Source: Candidatus Micrarchaeia archaeon (GTDB taxonomy: Archaea > Micrarchaeota > Micrarchaeia > Micrarchaeales > Micrarchaeaceae). Taken from it: a stretch of 48,864 bases of DNA. The notes under the pieces are model-generated. The model worked only from the letters and a program-made list of their open reading frames with translations, was not told where the DNA came from and ran no database searches. The stretch lies in the NCBI GenBank assembly GCA_049964795.1, contig JBMFWY010000006.1, positions 1-48,864 of the forward strand, given 5' to 3'. Below, one piece after another: positions 40,138-48,864 of the stretch. The translations under genes were made by a program, and so were the position numbers. Numbering within the stretch: the stretch's first letter is position 1; every line of letters begins with the position of its first letter.

Positions 40138-40518
40138 TCAATAAACATATGCTATAAGCCTTCCGCCTATGCCTTTCTCCTTTATTTCCTTGCTAGACAT
40201 CATGCCCTGTGAAGTTGAATATATTAATACGCCAAAATTCTTGCTTGGAAGATATGTTGATTCATACTTAAGCAGCTCATCTTTTCCCACGGGGTACCTT
40301 GGCTTCACTGCGCCGATGTCGTTTATTTTGTTTGCAAGCGCCACCTTCAGGTATTTCTTGCCTTCTCCGCTTTGCTCTTCAAAATCCTTGATATAACCTT
40401 CGCGCTGCAGTATTGCAAGCACTGACTTTATCAGCTTTGTCGAAGCAAGCTGGCAGCTTTCCCTGCCTATCCTTTCGTTCGTCTTTATCTTATTGAGAGC
40501 ATCAGCAAGCGTGTCCAT
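40138..40518 (-). CDS. rps8: 30S ribosomal protein uS8
   Basis: MDTLADAL, KPRY, YLP, STSQG, GGRLIAYVY. Confidence 0.96.
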   Translation of the reverse strand: MDTLADALNKIKTNERIGRESCQLASTKLIKSVLAILQREGYIKDFEEQSGEGKKYLKVALANKINDIGAVKPRYPVGKDELLKYESTYLPSKNFGVLIYSTSQGMMSSKEIKEKGIGGRLIAYVY

Positions 40519-40522
40519 TGGA

Positions 40523-40681
40523 TTACCCGTACTTTTTGAAGCCCAAATCTTTTGCTACTTCCCTGAAGCACCTCCTACATATGTAAAGGCCATGCGATCT
40601 TATAAGGCCTCGCGAGGTGCCGCAGATCCTGCATCTTCTTACGCCTTTTCCTTTAAACTTTTCTTCGTTTTTGATCTTCAT
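40523..40681 (-). CDS. rps14: 30S ribosomal protein uS14 (Zn-binding); not in the ORF track
   Basis: Translated by hand: [52 protein letters not shown]. Confidence 0.96.
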   Translation of the reverse strand: MKIKNEEKFKGKGVRRCRICGTSRGLIRSHGLYICRRCFREVAKDLGFKKYG

Positions 40682-40686
40682 AAATA

Positions 40687-41256
40687 TCATTCCACGCTAA
40701 CCTTGAAATTTTTCTGCAGAAAGGATATTATTTCTTCCCTCGCCACAAGTGCATGGTGCTTTGCGACGCTGCCTCTTGCGCGCTTTCTCTCTTGGACGCG
40801 CATTCCCGGCCTGCTAAACGCAACATTTACATTCATGCCCATCATACCTATCTTGGGATCATACTTCAAGCCGTTTATGTCTATGTATTCTTTGATCCCA
40901 AAATTCACAGCGTTGTTTACCACTTGCTTCCTTGAAAGCTTGTTGTCCACTGCGCCAAAGAGGCGTTTTAGGATATCCTCTGCCTTTTTCCCTCTCAGTG
41001 ATACGAAAGCACCTATCTTTTGGCCCTTTGCTATCTTGAATTCGGGAAGCCTGTGGCGGGATATCGAAGCTGCAGGCTTTGAGCCCGTAAGCTTTTCCAG
41101 GAGCGAAACAGCATTTAATTGCTTTTGATCATCGCTGCCAGTGCCCATGTTTATAACTACCTTGCTTATCTTTATGGCCCTCATAGGGCTTGGAGAAGGC
41201 ACGGCATTGCCTGCATCATTCTTGCTTTCTTGCTTACCAGCTTCCTTTGCTGCCAT
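40687..41256 (-). CDS. rpl5: 50S ribosomal protein uL5
   Basis: [34 protein letters not shown]. Confidence 0.96.
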   Translation of the reverse strand: MAAKEAGKQESKNDAGNAVPSPSPMRAIKISKVVINMGTGSDDQKQLNAVSLLEKLTGSKPAASISRHRLPEFKIAKGQKIGAFVSLRGKKAEDILKRLFGAVDNKLSRKQVVNNAVNFGIKEYIDINGLKYDPKIGMMGMNVNVAFSRPGMRVQERKRARGSVAKHHALVAREEIISFLQKNFKVSVE

Positions 41257-41270
41257 CAAAATCATTCCTT

Positions 41271-41963
41271 TTAAGCTTCATAGACCATTATATTGCGCAT
41301 CAGCGTTTCGAAAGTCTCGTGGGATGAGCTTGCTGATTCGCTTTCTATAATTACTGACTTTCCTATTGTTTTGGTTCCTGGCGAGATTTTCCTTATTATA
41401 CCTTTAGAACCTACGTGATTGCCGCGGAAGACAAAGCAGCGCGCGCCTTCGCCCATTTTTATATGCTTCTCAACCTTGCCGTTGCTCAGCTTTACCGAAT
41501 CGTTCACTGAAATGTCCTTCTGGCCCTCTATTATCCTGCCGTCGTGGAGCCTTATCATTATCTTGTTGCCTTTCTGCTTGTATTTTCCTATTACCTTGTA
41601 AAGCTGCGAGAATTCAGAGACACCTTCTGCAAGTTCGCTTTTGCCCTGCTTGTTTATTACAAGGGTGAACTTTTTGTCCGAGCTCTTGAAGCTTACGATA
41701 TCGCTGATCCCTATTGGAAATTTTGGATCTGCAACTTTTTGACCGTTGACTTGCACCTCGCCGCTTTTTATAAGCTTGTATATCTCGCGGTTTCTGCTCT
41801 CTGGATTGAGCTTGCGTATTGCAAGGAGCAGCGCTATTGATTCCGAGAGGTTGTGCCTGCCCGCATTCGGCTTTACCACATACTTGTATTCCTTGTGCGG
41901 CGTGCCGAAATAGCGCGGCGCGTTCAGACTTTTAACATGTCGGCTGTTGCCTTTTGATGCCAT
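41271..41963 (-). CDS. rps4e: 30S ribosomal protein eS4
   Basis: HVKSLNAP, GRH, VNG..V.DPKFPIG..D, LHDGR, GNHVG. Confidence 0.94.
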   Translation of the reverse strand: MASKGNSRHVKSLNAPRYFGTPHKEYKYVVKPNAGRHNLSESIALLLAIRKLNPESRNREIYKLIKSGEVQVNGQKVADPKFPIGISDIVSFKSSDKKFTLVINKQGKSELAEGVSEFSQLYKVIGKYKQKGNKIMIRLHDGRIIEGQKDISVNDSVKLSNGKVEKHIKMGEGARCFVFRGNHVGSKGIIRKISPGTKTIGKSVIIESESASSSHETFETLMRNIMVYEA

Positions 41964-41970
41964 AAAATCA

Positions 41971-42360
41971 TCACTGCTTTTGCTTCGATTGCTGCGGGGC
42001 TTTCTTTAGCCTTTCAATCCTGCCCTTGTAGCTTGAAGTATCAAAATCTGTAATGTAGACGCTGCTCGGGGCTATCGGCACGCTTATCTCTTTGCCCTTT
42101 GCATTCTTGCGCACTAGCGCCTCCATGAATATTACGCCTTTCCCAAGGTCCACTTTTGTAACCTTTCCCGTTTTGCCCTTGTTTTTTCCTGACATTATCT
42201 TTACTGTATCCCCCTTTGCAACGCGGGCGCTCCTTATGCTTAATCCAAGCTTTGACCTTAGGGACTTGTCGACGTGGGCATGCACAAAATGCTGCCTAAC
42301 GTGCAATGGCGCCGCATACCTGAATGCGCGCTGAGACCTTCTTTGTGAAGAGCTAATCAT
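41971..42360 (-). CDS. rpl24: 50S ribosomal protein uL24
   Basis: QR...YAAPLH, KGDTVKIMSG KOW motif. Confidence 0.95.
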   Translation of the reverse strand: MISSSQRRSQRAFRYAAPLHVRQHFVHAHVDKSLRSKLGLSIRSARVAKGDTVKIMSGKNKGKTGKVTKVDLGKGVIFMEALVRKNAKGKEISVPIAPSSVYITDFDTSSYKGRIERLKKAPQQSKQKQ

Positions 42361-42375
42361 TAAACCACTAGTGTA

Positions 42376-42780
42376 TTATACGACCCTGGAGGCTATGCCT
42401 GCCATCTTTATGTACATCTCTACTATTTCCCTTGCCATCGGGCCCTTGACCTCTGTTCCTACGGGCAATCCACCTTCTTTGACCAATATACATGCGTTGT
42501 CCTCGAAAATTACGCGCATGCCGTTTGGCCGGCGTATCGGCTGCTTCTGCCTTATTATAAGTGCCTGCACCTTCTTCTTTATGTAATCTGGAGAACCGGA
42601 TTTTACGCTTCCTGTTATTATATCTCCAAGACCGCTTGCGGCAAGCTTGCCTCTTCTGCCGCCTCCGCCCTTGCCAACCTTGTTTATTATCATTACGGTT
42701 TTTGCACCGCTATTGTCTGCACAAATCAGCACTGAACCCGGTATCAAAGTCTTTGAAACATGAGTTGCTGTGCCTGTCAT
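42376..42780 (-). CDS. rpl14: 50S ribosomal protein uL14
   Basis: [24 protein letters not shown]. Confidence 0.96.
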   Translation of the reverse strand: MTGTATHVSKTLIPGSVLICADNSGAKTVMIINKVGKGGGGRRGKLAASGLGDIITGSVKSGSPDYIKKKVQALIIRQKQPIRRPNGMRVIFEDNACILVKEGGLPVGTEVKGPMAREIVEMYIKMAGIASRVV

Positions 42781-43073
42781 TCGGATCCCCTTTCAACAAT
42801 TTTCGTAACGACAAAGGACTTGGTCTTGCTAAGCCTCCTTGATTCCGATATAATTACCTTATCGCCCACTTTTGCTGACATGCACGGCGGATTGTGCGCG
42901 CGTATCTTTGAATGCTTTCTTAGAGACCTCTCATATTTCTGCAGGTAGATTGTATAGGGCCTTTCCACCACTACCGTGTGCTGGGCCTTGTCGCTGACAA
43001 CGACTCCTTCTATGTCGCTGCCCCTTACTTTCAAATGCCCGTGAACAGGGCATTTTGGATCATTGCATTCCAT
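42777..43073 (-). CDS. rps17: 30S ribosomal protein uS17
   Basis: [28 protein letters not shown]. Confidence 0.96.
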   Translation of the reverse strand: MECNDPKCPVHGHLKVRGSDIEGVVVSDKAQHTVVVERPYTIYLQKYERSLRKHSKIRAHNPPCMSAKVGDKVIISESRRLSKTKSFVVTKIVERGSE

Positions 43074-43105
43074 GCTAGCACTTGTATTTTAATCAAAACT
43101 TCTGC

Positions 43106-43402
43106 TTAGGCCTTCCTTCTTTTGTAGAATTTAAGAGCTTTTTCCGTACGCTCATAAGGCCTAAAATTTATTTCTTCACCTTTTACGGTAAACGAATCTT
43201 TCCCGTAAAAAAATTTAAATGTTGAGGTTTTTTTCACTACCTGCTTTATGCCCTTGCTGGTATTGAGCACAAGCATATTCTTCGTCTCTTTTATGACTTT
43301 TCCCTTTATGCCTTTCTGGTTTTTATCGGAGCTCGAAAGCACTTGGGCTGAGAGGCCGGAAAGTTCGTGTATGACGATAGTTTTATTATTATAATTAGGC
43401 AT
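43106..43402 (-). CDS. rnp1: Ribonuclease P protein subunit Rpp29 (POP4)
   Basis: HELSGL, GKVIKETKNML, RPYER; conserved position upstream of uS17. Confidence 0.9.
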   Translation of the reverse strand: MPNYNNKTIVIHELSGLSAQVLSSSDKNQKGIKGKVIKETKNMLVLNTSKGIKQVVKKTSTFKFFYGKDSFTVKGEEINFRPYERTEKALKFYKRRKA

Positions 43403-43480
43403 ACTTATAAACCTTTCTATTTATACGGAAAAATTTAGCAAGATGAAGTGCAGCGCATTTTCTGGAACACGACAAAATGC

Positions 43481-44701
43481 TTATCTTATTACCACCCTGT
43501 CTGTGACGGTGCTGATTCTGTCAACATCGTACCTCAAAACGGTACCGTAGCTAGTCTTTACGAAAAGCAAGCCCTTCTTTGCGTCGATTCCTGTTACCTT
43601 GCCTATGTATGCCCCTATATCGTTGACAACATTCTTGTCCTTGAGGCGCGTCCTTGAAAGCGCTTTCCTCTTGAGGAAAAGGCTGAGCACTGAAAGACCG
43701 TAGCCAAGAGCCATAGCTACCAAGCCGAATAGCACAAACTCCCAGAAATATATTTGGCCTGCTATCCACGCAGCGGTAAGGTATATTATAGAGAGCACGA
43801 TTATTATGTAGCCGATGTTGCTGCCTTGGGTTATCGCCTTGTACTTAAGTCTCTTGTTTTCGTAGTCTATTATCCTGCCAACAAGATATATTACCATTGT
43901 CACAGGCAAAAGCAGTATGAACCCCTCCAGCCCGTACGAGACGCGCACGAGCTGGTTGCTCGATACGCTTGAGGAGCTTGCATAACTGCTGAAGCCCAGG
44001 AGCAAGTTTATTATAAAGAATATGATGGTGCTCATGTAAAATATGAAGCTAAGCCTGTCAAGGCTGAAGCCAAGACCTTTGAAAGAATTGACTATAGAAT
44101 CTTCTAAGCCGAAGCCTTTTATCAGAAGATAAAGGCCTATAAGGCTTACAGGAAGCTGCCAGCCGTAATGCAAATATGCGCTTATGGCAAAGAGCAGAAG
44201 TAGCACAGCAGGTATGCCAAATACAGTCCTTGCGAAATGAGGCTCTTTGAGCTTTTCAAATATGACAAAGTAAGTGTTTTCAAGATTTTCAGCCTGCTTC
44301 ATCCTTACCAGATCTACGCTGTTTACTTTTATCCTGCTTTTGAGCAGAGGCAGAACCCGGTTGTCGCTTGCGCCGTCGGTGACAAGAACGCATGCATCTA
44401 CCTTAAATCTGTCAAGAAGCAAGTCTATTTGACGGGAAAGCTCTGCGTCAGCCACATAGCCTTCTTTTTCAGCGCCTGTTATGGTTGCTACCGCAACAGG
44501 ATAGCCTGCTGCCTTAAGCTCGTCGTATTTCCTTATGCTTTCAAACATTACATTTGCGTCTGTCTCCTCGGGATCGGCCAGTATAAATTTTTCTGCGGCG
44601 GCTAGTATATTGCTTCTGCCTATGACAGGCCCAGAGATTCTCGTTTTCTGGTACAGGTCATTGTCTATGTCGACAGCAAGCACAAGCAGTCTTTCGGGCA
44701 T
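43481..44701 (-). CDS. DUF373-family membrane protein with C-terminal PRC-barrel-like domain
   Basis: LVLAVDIDNDL, DPEETDAN, VTDGASD, LENTY motifs; several TM helices. Confidence 0.82.
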   Translation of the reverse strand: MPERLLVLAVDIDNDLYQKTRISGPVIGRSNILAAAEKFILADPEETDANVMFESIRKYDELKAAGYPVAVATITGAEKEGYVADAELSRQIDLLLDRFKVDACVLVTDGASDNRVLPLLKSRIKVNSVDLVRMKQAENLENTYFVIFEKLKEPHFARTVFGIPAVLLLLFAISAYLHYGWQLPVSLIGLYLLIKGFGLEDSIVNSFKGLGFSLDRLSFIFYMSTIIFFIINLLLGFSSYASSSSVSSNQLVRVSYGLEGFILLLPVTMVIYLVGRIIDYENKRLKYKAITQGSNIGYIIIVLSIIYLTAAWIAGQIYFWEFVLFGLVAMALGYGLSVLSLFLKRKALSRTRLKDKNVVNDIGAYIGKVTGIDAKKGLLFVKTSYGTVLRYDVDRISTVTDRVVIR

Positions 44702-44921
44702 TAAACCAGCTCAATATTTTTGACATTTTGGCACATCATTTTGGCGCATAGGCATGCAAACCTTCCAAGAGCCTTCGTTGCGTGTGCATGCTCCTGCATG
44801 TTTGCATGCAAAGCGCGCAATGTTGCATGCCAATTCACAATAGATAGAACAGCTACAGCATAAAAATCTTACCTTTTTGCGAGCTGGAGCGCTTGGAACA
44901 GGCATGGGCTTTGCTTATTGC

Positions 44922-46076
44922 TTATGCAACCTCTGCCTTGCCTTTTAGCACGAGATATGCTGCGGCGTACGCAGGTATCTCAACCTCTTGTGGCTGTGCA
45001 TCGAAAGGGCCAAACTCACTTCCTCCCATTGAAAACTTTGGAATGGGTGCAGTGATTTTTATCTTTATCGGCTCGTTGCCGAATGCAAGCGCATCCTCCA
45101 TAGGATTGAACCTTTCCATATCTTGGAATCGAAGCTTCTTTGCAACAAGACCGCTTCCGCCGTGTATGGTGTTTTCCAGCCTTATCAGATGGTAGGGATC
45201 GTTTGTGACATTCCTGTCTATAGAATCGCTTTGGCTTATGCCTATACTCTTTACAACATTGGACCAAAACTCCGCCTTCTTTGGTATATTCACCTTGTCC
45301 CAGTTTCCAGTAGATATTCCTAGCGAAACCTCAGCCCTTTTTCTTACTATCGCTTGCGCTATACCTTTTTCAATCCCTATAGCAGTAAGGGCCGGCGCGC
45401 CTTCGTTCAACAGGGAAAGAAATGCACGCGCAAATTTTCCGCCCCATCCTTTATCTGCAGGAGTGGGGCCCCTAAGCGGCACGGCCCTAATCCCCAAAGT
45501 TGGAAATATTGAATTTGGAGTAAGACCAGAAGCTGAGATATACGCGCTTATCTCGTGCCTCTGCTCGGACCCGAGCTCCAGCACCTTTTCGCTGTAGACA
45601 TGCACGTGGTAGCCCCTGTTGCCGCTGAAATTAAGGCCCATCTCGTCCTTTGAAAATCCAAAATCAGGAATAAGAAAATCCTCTACTAGCCTAATCGTCT
45701 CGTTTTTTACCGAAGAGAGGCAATTGTCGCATACCCAGCTTGTGCCGTGCTCCTTCTGGCATGAGAGGTGCAGGTCAGAAGCGTCAAGATCAAACACAAG
45801 CTCGGCGCCCTTGGGTTTTTTATTCTCCATAGGCCTTGCATCAGGGAACCTGTAATATGCAGAGGAGTAGGAAACATATGCAGGAGCTTTTTCCTTGAGG
45901 AAACTTTGCAACGCCTCCAGGCTGCCAAATGATTTGTGCCTGTAAGCTATCTTGCTCTCAAAGTCCCCGAACCCGAACTCGCGCTCTGAAACCCTGCTCG
46001 GGGCGACATTTGAATTGCTATTTGCATAATAATTCTTAATGAGCGACTGCATCAAAATTCTCGACTTTTCATTCAT
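44922..46076 (-). CDS. priS: DNA primase small (catalytic) subunit
   Basis: REFGF, ELVFDLD, FSGNRGYHVH, IDRNVT, LIRL...HG.SGL; Zn-binding Cys/His cluster. Confidence 0.94.
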   Translation of the reverse strand: MNEKSRILMQSLIKNYYANSNSNVAPSRVSEREFGFGDFESKIAYRHKSFGSLEALQSFLKEKAPAYVSYSSAYYRFPDARPMENKKPKGAELVFDLDASDLHLSCQKEHGTSWVCDNCLSSVKNETIRLVEDFLIPDFGFSKDEMGLNFSGNRGYHVHVYSEKVLELGSEQRHEISAYISASGLTPNSIFPTLGIRAVPLRGPTPADKGWGGKFARAFLSLLNEGAPALTAIGIEKGIAQAIVRKRAEVSLGISTGNWDKVNIPKKAEFWSNVVKSIGISQSDSIDRNVTNDPYHLIRLENTIHGGSGLVAKKLRFQDMERFNPMEDALAFGNEPIKIKITAPIPKFSMGGSEFGPFDAQPQEVEIPAYAAAYLVLKGKAEVA

Positions 46077-46184
46077 TATACCACAATGAGGCAAGAGCGA
46101 ATGTCGAACTTCTTGCTTATAGTCAGCAAGAGAAAAGCAAAACAAAGTGCATGGTGCAAAGGCGCCTGATTTTTGCCTATTCCT

Positions 46185-47228
46185 TCATATAATATTATGG
46201 TGCGACCTTAGAAACTCCCCTACGAGCTCTGCGCCGCCAGCTTCTATGCTTATCTTAGGCCTGAAGCCTATCTCATTTATAATTTTGTTTATGCTTATTA
46301 TTCTCTCGCTTGTGACAAACTCGTATTCGTCATATTTGAGTCCTGCGATCCTGCTTCCGATTTTTGCCATGGTCCGCGAGATTGATTTTTTTGGAGGCTC
46401 AACATTTAGCATCTTAGCGGCAAATTCGTAAAGGCTGCGCACTGTGTGCGATTGCCCGTCAGTCACATTATATATTTGGTTTGCGCTTTTGGGGTTTTTA
46501 GAAACGGCAAGCATAGAATCCGCTGCGTCATTTATATGGATTAGCGAAATATGGTTGTTTCCGCCACCAACATACCTAAGCTTTCCCTGCTCGAGCAGGC
46601 TGAAAATCTTGAAAAAAGACTCTTCATACCCTGGCCCATAAAGAGTGCTAAACCGTAGTATAGTGTGCTTAATATTTGGGTGGGCATCGCTATAAGCTCT
46701 TATTACTTCCTCTTGCATCACTTTGCTTTTGGAATAATTGCTTTCAGGACGCGTTTCTGACTCTTCTGTAAGGACTTCGTTGGGCCTCCTGTAGCCGTAA
46801 ACACTGACGCTTCCTGCGCAAATAATATGCATCGCCTTGTCGCCGTTGGCCAACAGTGCGGCATTGATAAGGTTCTCCGTGCCTACAACATTTATTTCTA
46901 TGAACTCGTCGTAAGTATGCTTGTAATTGTATACAGCGCTGGCGAGATGAAATATATTGTCAACACCTGCAAGCACTTTTTCCATATTCCCTTCATCTGA
47001 AGGCTGTTTTAATGTCAGGTCTGCGATATAAGGCTTTGCTCCTGGAGGCAGGTGCTTCCATTCTTCGCTTGACGAAGGGTCGGTGCGCACCAGCACCCTT
47101 ACCTCATGACCCAGCTCGATAAGCTTCTTTGTGACAAGAGCGCCCAGTCTGCTTGTGGCACCAGTAACAAGATCCACAGGGACCTTGTCAGCCGCAGAAC
47201 CGCCAGACGCTTTAGCCATTTGCATCAC
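46185..47228 (-). CDS. NAD-dependent epimerase/dehydratase (extended SDR)
   Basis: VTGATSRLG, FHLA, NVVGT, YSKSK, YGPG, YNV. Confidence 0.88.
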   Translation of the reverse strand: MMQMAKASGGSAADKVPVDLVTGATSRLGALVTKKLIELGHEVRVLVRTDPSSSEEWKHLPPGAKPYIADLTLKQPSDEGNMEKVLAGVDNIFHLASAVYNYKHTYDEFIEINVVGTENLINAALLANGDKAMHIICAGSVSVYGYRRPNEVLTEESETRPESNYSKSKVMQEEVIRAYSDAHPNIKHTILRFSTLYGPGYEESFFKIFSLLEQGKLRYVGGGNNHISLIHINDAADSMLAVSKNPKSANQIYNVTDGQSHTVRSLYEFAAKMLNVEPPKKSISRTMAKIGSRIAGLKYDEYEFVTSERIISINKIINEIGFRPKISIEAGGAELVGEFLRSHHNII

Positions 47229-48126
47229 GAATCCGCTCGGCTTTTTTCTCGCCGTCCAGTATCGCCACGGCGATATCCCTTATATGGCCTTCAGTAAGCC
47301 GATTTATAGCGTAGGGCACCCAATCCCTACCATAAGGAATGTATATGCTAACATTTATATTATCTTTGACAAGCTTCTTTATTCTTTTGGAGCTGTATCC
47401 AAAAAGGACTTCAAGGACCAGTTCTTTTTTGTTGGTCCTGGGGCTTTTCTTGATTTTGTAAGCGATCTTATCATCTGAAGAGGAGAGGTACAGCACCTTT
47501 CCAGGAACAATCTTCAATATTTTGTCAAAGCTGGGGCAGTCCTCCACAGGCTTTTTAGCTTTGTCATTTGGTTTCGAGCTTGAAAGGCCTTTTTGGCTTT
47601 CCTGCTTTACGCCTTCAAATGGATAGGTCGATATCTTTATCGGAGTCCCGATTTTCTTGAAACCTTCGTAGAACTTGCCACTTGAAATTTCTGATGCAGG
47701 GATCTCAACTCCCAAAAATTTTGATCTGCTGCTTTTTGCTAAGCTTAGCGCGTGCTCAAGCTCCGATTGATTCTGGCACTCTAGCCAAACAGTAATCTTT
47801 TCCTGCTCCGCCCTTTTTAAAAGCTCTCTGACTCCATTAGTTAAAAGTTCTCCTGTACCATATCCTAGCTGGGAAGACCTGACAGAAATATCCGAATTTG
47901 CATGCAAACGAGATATTTGCCGCATAAGCTGAAGATACGCATTTATGTTGTACCTTGCCTGCATTGTATTTTTAGGCCGCTCGTTTAGAAAAGTAAGAGT
48001 TGTATGAATATTGCTTTCATTGAACTTTAACGCCGCGCGTATTGCCGAATCGGCAGTTGCGCCGGCTATGTGCTTTTTTACAAGCTTGAATATAAGCCCT
48101 TTTAATATACCTTTTTCAGTTGGCAA
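47212..48126 (-). CDS. Proline dehydrogenase-like protein, divergent
   Basis: HIAG, ISVRSSQLG and YIPYGRDWVPY resemble monofunctional ProDH; several catalytic motifs are altered. Confidence 0.65.
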   Translation of the reverse strand: MPTEKGILKGLIFKLVKKHIAGATADSAIRAALKFNESNIHTTLTFLNERPKNTMQARYNINAYLQLMRQISRLHANSDISVRSSQLGYGTGELLTNGVRELLKRAEQEKITVWLECQNQSELEHALSLAKSSRSKFLGVEIPASEISSGKFYEGFKKIGTPIKISTYPFEGVKQESQKGLSSSKPNDKAKKPVEDCPSFDKILKIVPGKVLYLSSSDDKIAYKIKKSPRTNKKELVLEVLFGYSSKRIKKLVKDNINVSIYIPYGRDWVPYAINRLTEGHIRDIAVAILDGEKKAERIRDANG

Positions 48127-48568
48127 ACAATCACATGTTATTTATTTAAAATATCCAAACATTGATTTAAAGCGATTAATTATGTGCAGCACAGTTTCAA
48201 AAACCCGACGCTTTCGCGTTCATATGCTTGGCATTTCAAAGCATAACTTTGCATTTGGGATTATAATTGTACAGATATATTTAAGATATTTCATGCTCGT
48301 GCTATTTCGCAATTTAGATAGGGTATTCTCTGTGCTGCAATTATTTATGTTTTATGATTTTCCTGCAAAAAAGTGAAGTTAGAATCGCTTGCATAGGCAC
48401 AATTTACTACTAAAGGAGTATTGAAAATAGGATAGCTGCAATATATTTAGACAAAATCAGCGGCCGTGCTGCTTCTTCCAATTTTCATACCAATCTTCCT
48501 TGCTCTTTGTTGGATTGGTTGAGAAAGAGGAACGCCAGAGTCTAAGCCAATCGCTTCCTGTGAAAGAG

Positions 48569-48864
48569 TTAGAGTCTCTTTTTTTCTTGCTCTTCGTAAT
48601 AAGAGTTATGCTGTGCTAGCCAATTGTAATAAGCTTGAAGCCCTTTTTTCTTACTTGATTTATAGTCCATAAGATCCTGAACTGAGACTTCGCCATTTTC
48701 CTTAAGCATTTTTCCTATATCTGGTGCCTCCTTGTATCTCTGTTCGTTGAGTGCCATCGCTTTTTCCTCGTAAGCGTAAATCCCGCTGACAAATTTCCTA
48801 TAGGTATTTGTGAATTGGGTTCTGCTGCCCAAATTGCTTGCTGCGGCAACATTGCCGTCACTTG
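48569..48864 (-). CDS. Hypothetical protein, 3' part (frame open to the window edge)
   Basis: No stop codon in frame from 48572 to the window end. Confidence 0.6.
   Translation of the reverse strand, partial: SDGNVAAASNLGSRTQFTNTYRKFVSGIYAYEEKAMALNEQRYKEAPDIGKMLKENGEVSVQDLMDYKSSKKKGLQAYYNWLAQHNSYYEEQEKKRL

Noticed and set aside
44711-44905. Cys-rich 64-aa ORF
   Set aside because: Cys codons arise from the TGCA/GCATGC-rich DNA; no RBS or recognisable metal-binding pattern.
48185-48339. 10-bp inverted repeat TGCAGCACAG...CTGTGCTGCA, possible MITE
   Set aside because: Short, single occurrence, no target-site duplication evident.
1-48864. CRISPR arrays, rRNA, transposases, inteins, and the many antisense shadow ORFs in the track
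   Set aside because: No repeat-spacer arrays, rRNA signatures, transposase or intein motifs were seen; the shadow ORFs lie opposite well-supported genes.

Overview
Core chromosomal region of an archaeon, most likely a DPANN Micrarchaeota (ARMAN-like) lineage; this is inferred from the split RpoB, stand-alone PriS, GGTGA-type ribosome-binding sites and a tRNA intron at a non-canonical site. It holds the rpoH-B''-B'-A'-A'' operon, a truncated spc ribosomal operon (Rpp29 to uS5, including a uS14 missing from the ORF track), TFB, LonB, Top6A, PolX, FEN1, Lhr with its metallophosphoesterase, PriS and three tRNAs (Glu, Leu, and Ala with a 40-nt T-loop intron). The best candidate for an undescribed system is a ~7.8-kb co-oriented operon at 5.3-13.1 kb. 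It encodes a VirB2/TrbC-like pilin, a polytopic VirB6/CedA-like membrane protein, further small membrane and coiled-coil proteins and two HerA/VirB4-family ATPases, with no relaxase or integrase in the window. Also notable: radical substitutions in the RNA polymerase active centre, an unannotated 42-aa very basic protein, and several apparent pseudoenzymes. All calls come from motif reading; no database searches were run.
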